From positions 5,888-69,887 of the forward strand of contig JBAXOU010000001.1 in the NCBI GenBank assembly GCA_037133115.1: a stretch of 64,000 bases of DNA, in the 5' to 3' direction. Origin of the DNA: Planctomycetota bacterium. GTDB taxonomy: Bacteria; Planctomycetota; Planctomycetia; Pirellulales; UBA1268. A program made the position numbers and the translations under genes. The notes beneath the pieces are model-generated. The model worked only from the letters and a program-made list of their open reading frames with translations. It was not told where the DNA came from and did not search any database. Each line of letters begins with the position of its first letter. Positions within the stretch are counted from its first letter, which is position 1. Below, in pieces: positions 57,413-64,000 of the stretch.

Positions 57413-59953
57413 TCACTCGTCTGCGGTGGCGGCGGTGAGCGTGCGGATCGACGGACTCTCCGTGGCCGACTCGATCGTCGCGATTGCCGCCTTCACGGCG
57501 TCGATCCGCGCGTCGTTGAGCGGGCCCTCTGGAAAGCCACCCGCCGCGCATTCGGCGTTGAAGAACTCGACCAGATCCTCGAGGTCCGGCACGATCCCGC
57601 CCGCGGCGGCTCCGTATCCGGCCAGTTCCTTCATGATCTCGCCGGTTCGCGTCTCGCTGCCATGCCCTCCCTGAGTTCGGGCGATGAGGACGCCCGCCTC
57701 GATTCCCTCACGGAATCGGTACTTGGCCAACACCTTGAATGCGGCCATGCGGATCTCGTTGCGAAACATCGTGTCGGCTGGGCAGGGGGTGGTGGCCGCG
57801 GCGAGGATGTCGGGGCCGAGCGCCTGGACATCTTCGACCGTGAGTTGATGCTCGAGAAGATGCGTGAGCGTGGCCCGGGCCATGCCGTCCGCGTTCCGCG
57901 ACACGGCCCGGATCGCCGGGTGGAGCAGTCCGCGATCGAGGCCATCGATGGATGACCGCAACAGCCCCTTGAAGAGCGCCGCCGCGAGTTCTCCATGCGT
58001 GAGTTGGATCGGATCAGCCCATGCGATCGGCTCGAGCGGCTCGGCGGTGCGGGCCACCGCGGCGAGCATGTCGGGCACGACGGGCCGGGCCGCGTCGCCC
58101 ATGCTCTCGAGCGCGTGCGCGGCCTTGGTCCGCAGCCAGCGGTCGTCGTGCACGAGCAGGTGGACGAGGGTCGGGAGTGCCTCCGGGGCCTTCAGCCGCC
58201 CGAGCGCCTCGCAGGCCCCCTGGCGGACGCGGGGGTCGGGGCCCTCGGCCAGGGCGATCAGTTGCGGCACCAGCCGCTTCGCCTCCGGCCGGCGGGCCAG
58301 TTCCTCCGCCGCCCAGCTGCGAGCCACCGGCGACCAGTCGCCCAGCGCGGAGACGAGGTCCTCCGTCGACATGGTCATGCGGTCGGTGTCGAAGCGGCCC
58401 GAGGCGACGGCCTCGGCCACGTCGCCATCATCGAGCCACTGCGACTCGACCGCATCTTTGCCGGTGAGGCAGATCGCGCGGAAGGGCAGGGCATAGGTGA
58501 GCACGTACGAGGCCGTCGGGCTCAAGCCGTAGTAGCTGCTCTTTCCGAAGTAGGTGTCGTCGGCGGTGCTGCCGGGCCCATACTGCTCGCTGCCGTCGTA
58601 GGTGAACGAGCCGTCGCACCGCCGGACGAGGTCAAGATGCCACGAGGCCTCCGTGACGAACGCCGCCGTAGCCGCCGGGCCTCCCATGCCGGCCCCCAGA
58701 CCACCCCAGAGGTAGCTGAAGCCCTGGCCGGTGTGGCCGTATTCGCGGTTGCGAAACGACGCCGTCACCATCTTCGCGAAGAACTGCGATTCCTGGGGCC
58801 GGTCGCCCTGCAGGGCGAAGAACGCGGCGGCCATGGCATTCTTGCCGTTGTTGTCGTGATGGGGCCAGGGCATGTGCTCGCCGTAGGGAATCGCTCCTTT
58901 GTCGACGTAGTAGCCAAAAAATCGGGAGCCGCGATCGATGGCGGCGGCGACCTCCGGATCGGCAACACCGCATTTCCGCCCCATGACGACCGCGAGATTG
59001 CCGATCAGCCCCGCCGCATTGACCGGACCGTACGGGGGGATCGGGCCGTGGAGCCCGCCGTCGGCCGCCGGCTCGGAGAACCCGTGGCCGAAGGTGCCGT
59101 ACCGGCCCTGGCCCCGAGCCAGTGCGAGGGTGAGGGTCTCGATCGCGGGCAGCACCTCGCGATCGCGAGTGAGCAGGTGGTATTCGCAGAGAAAGATCGT
59201 GCGGTAGCCGCATTCCCACGTCCGCATGTCGTCGCGGACCACCGCCGGCGCCCCCGCCGCCAGCCTCCGGGCAAACTCCTGGATGGTGGGGAGATACTCG
59301 GGGCGGCCGCTCGCCAGGAGCGCCAGCCCGTTGACCGCGCCGAAGAGGTCCTCGGTGAGCGGCTCTCGCGCCAGCACATCGCAGGCCTCGTCGAGGATCC
59401 GCCGCGACTTGGGGCAGTCGTAGGGTGCGGTCGCGGCATAGGTGCCCAGCACACGCAGGGGAAGCTGCACCTCCTCGACCTCCCCGGTCCGCCAGCGGGT
59501 AAGCCGAAGCACTCCGCCACCGGATTCGGTCTCCGCGTCCTGGATCGCGACGGCGAGGCTCCTGCGGGCGTCGTCGGTGAAACGTTCACCATTCACACCG
59601 AGGATCACGTCGCCCGGCTCCATCACGCCGTCGGCGGGAGAACCGCTCCCGACGTGGGTCACCAGGATCTGCCGGCTGGCTGTGGTCGTCCGCCCCTGGA
59701 CGCCGTCGAAGTTGGTCGCCGCCCGGGTATGGATCCAGCCCCGCAGGCCGGTCGCCCCGAGGTTGTAGGTCTGCGACCGATCGACTTGGGCGCCCTGCGT
59801 GAGGTCGGGCGGCTCCTTGGGGGCCTCGGCCGCCGTCACGAAACCGACCGGGTGCAACGCGAGGCTGACCGTCACACCCGCCGCCAGCGCCAGAAGCATG
59901 CACCGGAGCGGGACGCCATTCAGAAGCCGCAGCCTCGGTGCTTCATGCAGCAT
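57413..59953 (-). CDS. Secreted PDZ-like / alpha-toroid-like / HEAT-repeat protein (846 aa)
   Basis: Signal-like CMLLALAAGVTVSLAL. PDZ-like GSPADGVMEPGDVILGVNGERF. C-terminal HEAT-like repeats (DPRVRQGACEALGRLKAPEALPTLVHLLVHDDRWLRTKAAHALESMGD). Start at ATG 59953, 16 nt after the upstream stop. The middle-domain call is tentative. Confidence 0.75.
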   Translation of the reverse strand: MLHEAPRLRLLNGVPLRCMLLALAAGVTVSLALHPVGFVTAAEAPKEPPDLTQGAQVDRSQTYNLGATGLRGWIHTRAATNFDGVQGRTTTASRQILVTHVGSGSPADGVMEPGDVILGVNGERFTDDARRSLAVAIQDAETESGGGVLRLTRWRTGEVEEVQLPLRVLGTYAATAPYDCPKSRRILDEACDVLAREPLTEDLFGAVNGLALLASGRPEYLPTIQEFARRLAAGAPAVVRDDMRTWECGYRTIFLCEYHLLTRDREVLPAIETLTLALARGQGRYGTFGHGFSEPAADGGLHGPIPPYGPVNAAGLIGNLAVVMGRKCGVADPEVAAAIDRGSRFFGYYVDKGAIPYGEHMPWPHHDNNGKNAMAAAFFALQGDRPQESQFFAKMVTASFRNREYGHTGQGFSYLWGGLGAGMGGPAATAAFVTEASWHLDLVRRCDGSFTYDGSEQYGPGSTADDTYFGKSSYYGLSPTASYVLTYALPFRAICLTGKDAVESQWLDDGDVAEAVASGRFDTDRMTMSTEDLVSALGDWSPVARSWAAEELARRPEAKRLVPQLIALAEGPDPRVRQGACEALGRLKAPEALPTLVHLLVHDDRWLRTKAAHALESMGDAARPVVPDMLAAVARTAEPLEPIAWADPIQLTHGELAAALFKGLLRSSIDGLDRGLLHPAIRAVSRNADGMARATLTHLLEHQLTVEDVQALGPDILAAATTPCPADTMFRNEIRMAAFKVLAKYRFREGIEAGVLIARTQGGHGSETRTGEIMKELAGYGAAAGGIVPDLEDLVEFFNAECAAGGFPEGPLNDARIDAVKAAIATIESATESPSIRTLTAATADE

Positions 59954-59969
59954 GCGGATCAGTCGCCCG

Positions 59970-62900
59970 TCATCGGGCCCGGCCACGGCGAGCCACCAGC
60001 AGGGCCACGAGGCCACCGCAGGCGGCGGCCATCAAACTCGTCGGCTCAGGCACCACCACGACCAGGAAACTATTCGGACTGCTGCCGGTCTGCAAGTAGG
60101 CCGTCTTGCCCGCGCCGAGGGAGTAGGCATTCGACAACCCCACGTTCGAGACGTTCGTGAGATCGAAGAGCGAACTGCCGCTCATCAACGTATAGGTTCC
60201 ATCCGCCGTGTTCGAGTCGAGACCCGTCAGGTTGTTGACCCCGAAGCCGCCGAACGAAACCGAAGCTCCGTTGACCGTCAGTGTGCTCAGGGGATCGAAC
60301 GCGAAGTTGGCCCCCGAGTTGTAGACGATGCTGCTGCCGATCGTGCCCGAGCCGCCGAGCACGGCCGCCGAGAGTACCGACACGGTGCCCGTCGCCAGCG
60401 AGCCGTTGACCCGCAGCAAGCCCTCCGACACCGTGGTGCCCTGGGTGTAGGTGTTGGCGGCGGAAAGCGTGAGGCTACCGCTGCCGATCTTGATCACGCC
60501 GCCGGACGAGGGCGAGGTGCCGTCACCGACACGATCGGCGATCGTGCCTGTGATCGTCATCGCATTGGCACCCGTGTCGAACGTCGCATAGTACGTGCTG
60601 GCGGTCGAACCAGTGCCAATGAGCATCGGCTTGCTGATCGTGACGTTCGCCGCCTTGGCCGCAAGGATGCTCACCTGATTCGTGGCGGTGCCATTGATCA
60701 ACGCGCCCGGTGTGCCGCTGAACGAAATGGCCGAAGCATTGCCGAAGTTGGCGTCACCCGTCGTCCACATGGTGGAACCGGCCCCGCCGATGTCGGCCAA
60801 GCCCGAGAACGTGTTCATGGTCGCGGTCGACTGCTGCGTGAGGTCGATCGTGCCGCCGGTGCTGGCCCGGAGGATCGTGCTGGTGCCGCCCGTGAGCGTG
60901 CCGGTGAGCCGCGTGACCGACGACCCGGTGAAGGCCATCACCATGCCGCTGGTGATGCTGATCGGATTGGCGATCGAGAGCGTCGTGGTGGCGTCGTTGT
61001 TGATGCGGGAGGACGAGTCCATCGCAAAGATCGTGCCGGTGCCGAAGGCAGAGGAGTTCTTGAAACCGATGTTGTTCCAGATGTATGTCCCGCCGGTGTA
61101 GGTATTGGAGCCGGAGAGGATCGCCCGGTTACCTTGGCTGGCGTAGGAGCCAACGACGCCGTCTCCCGAGATCGTGCCGGAGTATTCGCCCTGCACCGTG
61201 TTCTTGAAGAGTAACGGGGCAGCGGTGGGCGACGTGGCGATGACGAAACTCGGGTTCGCGTTGGTCACGAGCGACCCTGTCCCGAGGGCCTGCGTCGTCA
61301 CCTGCGTGGTGCCAGCCGCGCCGGTGGAGTTGGCCGAGAGCGTGCCGGAGAAGGTGCCCTGGGTGCTCGTGGTGAATCTCACGGTCGCTATGCCGGTGGT
61401 CGTCACGTTGCCGCTGCCGGAGATCACGCCGGAGAGTTCCAGATTCTTGCTGGAGACGCTATTGAGCGAGGTGGTGCCGCTCCCGAACGACACCGGTGCC
61501 GTGATGTACTTCGTGCCGCCCGGGCCGCTCGGCTTGAGGTCGATCGACGAGATGCCGAGCGTGGTGATCGTGCCCGTGCCGGCCAGCGTCGTGGAGTTCG
61601 AGAGCTGGATGGCGGCGTTGTCGAGGGTCACGGGCCCGTTGAACGTCGAGGTGTAGCCGAAGTTCTTCATGGCCGTCCCGGAAAACACGGTCGTGCCGCC
61701 GCTGGTGTTGACCACCATGCCATCGCCCGTGCCCGACGTGCTCAGGATGCTGATCGTGAGCGTCCCGGAGCCCGACTTGACCAGCGTGTTGCCGATGCCG
61801 GTGATCGAACCGGTGAGCGTGAGCGCGTTGTCATTGTTGATCGTGGCGCTGCCCGACCCCACCGCGATCGGATTGGCCACCGTGACCGCCGTGCTCGAGG
61901 TGAGCGTGCCGTTGCTGATGGAGATGGCGCTCGCCCCGGCACCAGTTGCGTTGCCGAGCGAAAGCACGCCGCCCCCCGAAACCCCGACACCGCCACTGAC
62001 CGTGTTGGCGGCATTCAAGGCCGTCGTGCCACCCGTGAGCGTGATGCCGCCGGCGATCGTGCTGGCATTGTTGAGCGTGGTCGAACCTCCGCTCACGTTG
62101 AGGCCGCCGGCCGTCACCGTCGTCGCCGCGTTCGATGTGAACGAGCCTCCGGAGACGTTGAGGCCGCCCGCCGTGACCGTCGTGGCGTTATTCGCCGCGA
62201 GCGAGCCGCCGCTGACGTTGAGGCCACCAGAGGTCACCGTCATCGAACCGCTGGTGGTCATCGAGCCCGCGCCGACCCACGCACCGGCGCCGAAGGTGGC
62301 CGCATTCGACATCGTGAGGCTTCCATCGCCCGACTTGCCGAAGGTGCCAGTCGTCGAGATCGCGCTGCCGCTCAGGGCAACGATGCCGGCCGAGTTGTTC
62401 ACCGTGAGCGACGCGGCCTGCACGCTGCTGCCGAACGTGCCCGAATCGACCGTGATCGTGCTGGCGGTGCCGAGCGTGGCCTTGTCGCCCTGCACGAACA
62501 CGATGTTCGAGCCGGCGCCGTCCTTCTGCCAGTTGGCGGTGGTGTAATCCCAGGCGCCGGATGAGCCGCCGTTCCAGAAGAGGTCATACGTCGTTCCCGT
62601 GACGGCGAGCTGCAGGGCCGTGGACGTCTGGTTGAAGTTGTAGGTCGTGCGACCGATCGTCGTCGAACCTCCAGGGGCGAGCGTCTGACCGCCGATCGCT
62701 GCACCGGTGAGCGAGATCGACCCGGAGTTCGTCAGGCCCGTGCCAGACAGAAGCGTGTACGTGTTGCCCGCCGCGGTCACGCCGCCGACGCTCAGCAGGT
62801 TGCTCACTCCGGAAATCGACACGGGGCCGGTCGAGAGCAGCCCGCTGGTGGCCGAGGCCAGCGTGATCGTGGCATAGCCCGACATGGTCACGGACGCCGG

Positions 62901-63881
62901 CGCCTGTGTGGCGGCAAACGTGCTCGTGAAGCTCGCACCCGTTCCGCTGACTCCGGCGAGCGAGAGGGCACCCGTGCCGACCGAGCCAGTCGTCAGACTG
63001 CCTCCGGCGCCGATCGAGACCGTGCCCGAGTTGGCAAGGCTGTTGGTCACGGCCGTGAGCACATTGAGCGTGCCGGCGGAACCGACCGTGACAGTGCCGC
63101 TGGAGAGCCCTCCGGGCGCGGTGACACGGACCGTGCCCGCGGAGACGGTGAGGCTGCTAAACGAGTTAGAGCCACCGAGCACGATCGTGCCAGTGCCGTT
63201 GGTGGTGAGCGCGAAGGCACCCGTAATGGGAGCGTTCACGATCAGCGAGTACGAAGTGCCGCTGTTCGTCCAGGTCTGTGCCTTGCCGAGGATGATGCCG
63301 GCCGTGCCGACATTGGCGGCGTTCGAGCCCGTACCGCCCACGCCGCCACCGAATTTCCCGAATGAGATGTCGCCAGAGACGTTGCTGTTGACCAGAATGC
63401 CGGTACCCGAGCCGATGGCGTTGGTGGCTGATCCCGTGAGCGTCACCGACATGACGTTGGCATTGCCTGCAGCGTTCGTAATGGTGTAGCCACTCGTTCC
63501 CGATGCATTGAAGATCAAGGCTCCGACCGTGGGCTGGTTCGCAGTGCTGGTGCTGTTGCCGATCGTGACCGCGGCGCCGTTCGTGTTGTTGGTCGGTGCT
63601 GTCCCGAAGCCGAACTGAAACGATTGGGTGGTGCCCACGCCGCTTCCGATGACGAAGGTGAGCGGCGACGTGCCCGACGAGGAGGTTGACCAGGTCGTGC
63701 CGCTGGCGCTCGAACGGAAGATGCCAGGCCCGTCGCCGTAGAGAGTCGTGCCGTTCACGTCCCAGTAATAGTCGGCCGCGACTGCCTGCCCGGCCCCCGC
63801 CGCGAACAGACTCAGCCAGGTCATCCCGACCACGGCGACGACACGAATGACGGAGCACACCCGAGTGGACATCATGAGCAT
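59970..63881 (-). CDS. Giant surface protein (1303 aa): autotransporter-associated beta-strand repeats, PEP-CTERM anchor
   Basis: Signal ...MTWLSLFAAGAGQAVA|AD. The N-terminal ~520 aa are collinear with the 50826 gene product. C-terminal VVVPEPTSLMAAACGGLVALLVARRGRAR. AAGGAAG RBS before ATG 63881. Confidence 0.9.
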   Translation of the reverse strand: MLMMSTRVCSVIRVVAVVGMTWLSLFAAGAGQAVAADYYWDVNGTTLYGDGPGIFRSSASGTTWSTSSSGTSPLTFVIGSGVGTTQSFQFGFGTAPTNNTNGAAVTIGNSTSTANQPTVGALIFNASGTSGYTITNAAGNANVMSVTLTGSATNAIGSGTGILVNSNVSGDISFGKFGGGVGGTGSNAANVGTAGIILGKAQTWTNSGTSYSLIVNAPITGAFALTTNGTGTIVLGGSNSFSSLTVSAGTVRVTAPGGLSSGTVTVGSAGTLNVLTAVTNSLANSGTVSIGAGGSLTTGSVGTGALSLAGVSGTGASFTSTFAATQAPASVTMSGYATITLASATSGLLSTGPVSISGVSNLLSVGGVTAAGNTYTLLSGTGLTNSGSISLTGAAIGGQTLAPGGSTTIGRTTYNFNQTSTALQLAVTGTTYDLFWNGGSSGAWDYTTANWQKDGAGSNIVFVQGDKATLGTASTITVDSGTFGSSVQAASLTVNNSAGIVALSGSAISTTGTFGKSGDGSLTMSNAATFGAGAWVGAGSMTTSGSMTVTSGGLNVSGGSLAANNATTVTAGGLNVSGGSFTSNAATTVTAGGLNVSGGSTTLNNASTIAGGITLTGGTTALNAANTVSGGVGVSGGGVLSLGNATGAGASAISISNGTLTSSTAVTVANPIAVGSGSATINNDNALTLTGSITGIGNTLVKSGSGTLTISILSTSGTGDGMVVNTSGGTTVFSGTAMKNFGYTSTFNGPVTLDNAAIQLSNSTTLAGTGTITTLGISSIDLKPSGPGGTKYITAPVSFGSGTTSLNSVSSKNLELSGVISGSGNVTTTGIATVRFTTSTQGTFSGTLSANSTGAAGTTQVTTQALGTGSLVTNANPSFVIATSPTAAPLLFKNTVQGEYSGTISGDGVVGSYASQGNRAILSGSNTYTGGTYIWNNIGFKNSSAFGTGTIFAMDSSSRINNDATTTLSIANPISITSGMVMAFTGSSVTRLTGTLTGGTSTILRASTGGTIDLTQQSTATMNTFSGLADIGGAGSTMWTTGDANFGNASAISFSGTPGALINGTATNQVSILAAKAANVTISKPMLIGTGSTASTYYATFDTGANAMTITGTIADRVGDGTSPSSGGVIKIGSGSLTLSAANTYTQGTTVSEGLLRVNGSLATGTVSVLSAAVLGGSGTIGSSIVYNSGANFAFDPLSTLTVNGASVSFGGFGVNNLTGLDSNTADGTYTLMSGSSLFDLTNVSNVGLSNAYSLGAGKTAYLQTGSSPNSFLVVVVPEPTSLMAAACGGLVALLVARRGRAR

Positions 63882-64000
63882 TTCCCTGCTTCCTTACGCG
63901 TCGCTGGACCGTGCCGAACTGGCTTGCTTGCCCCAGGGGCGGTTCTCATGAACCGTGCGCAACCCCCAGCACGAGATTTCACTGCAAACCGCGCGCCGTT

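Noticed and set aside
57995-61214. + strand ORFs 57995..60160 (721 aa) and 59799..61214 (471 aa)
   Set aside because: They are antisense to the PDZ/HEAT gene and the 1303-aa adhesin gene, and their translations are Arg/Gly-rich junk.

Overview
GC-rich bacterial chromosomal segment. The gene content looks planctomycetal: several DUF1559/H-X9-DG pseudopilin-like proteins with [15 protein letters not shown]-termini, a planctomycete-type CXXCH cytochrome module, and giant PEP-CTERM/dockerin-like surface proteins. I can support about 44 protein-coding genes. I found no rRNA, tRNA, CRISPR array, transposase or integrase. The content falls into three groups. (1) Two cell-surface islands (about 1.7-9 kb and 43-64 kb) made of giant repeat proteins (1830, ~1060, 2179 and 1303 aa), DUF1559 pseudopilin-like genes and small paralogous lipoproteins. 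(2) A phosphorus-scavenging theme across 0-40 kb: a secreted LamG-metallophosphoesterase, a PLC-like phosphodiesterase, a divergent phosphonate locus (PhnZ-like, PhnX, FAD oxidoreductase, Zn-ADH, OPA-family MFS), a PhoU-like protein and a btaA-btaB betaine-lipid pair. Unusually, the phosphonate locus also carries a single-chain EutB-EutC ethanolamine ammonia-lyase with a twin-arginine-like leader. (3) Housekeeping genes: xylA, glnD, a PduO-type adenosyltransferase, proC, trxA, an RpoD-family sigma factor and guaB. A family of about ten palindromic hairpin repeats (core CAGGTT-n3-AACCTG with covarying stem extensions) occurs only in the four roomy convergent-gene junctions. Many long ORFs in the supplied track are GC-driven antisense shadows and were rejected. 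Several real genes start well inside the tracked ORF, or use GTG/TTG starts with 4-nt stop/start overlaps. All family assignments come from motif recognition by eye; no database search was run.
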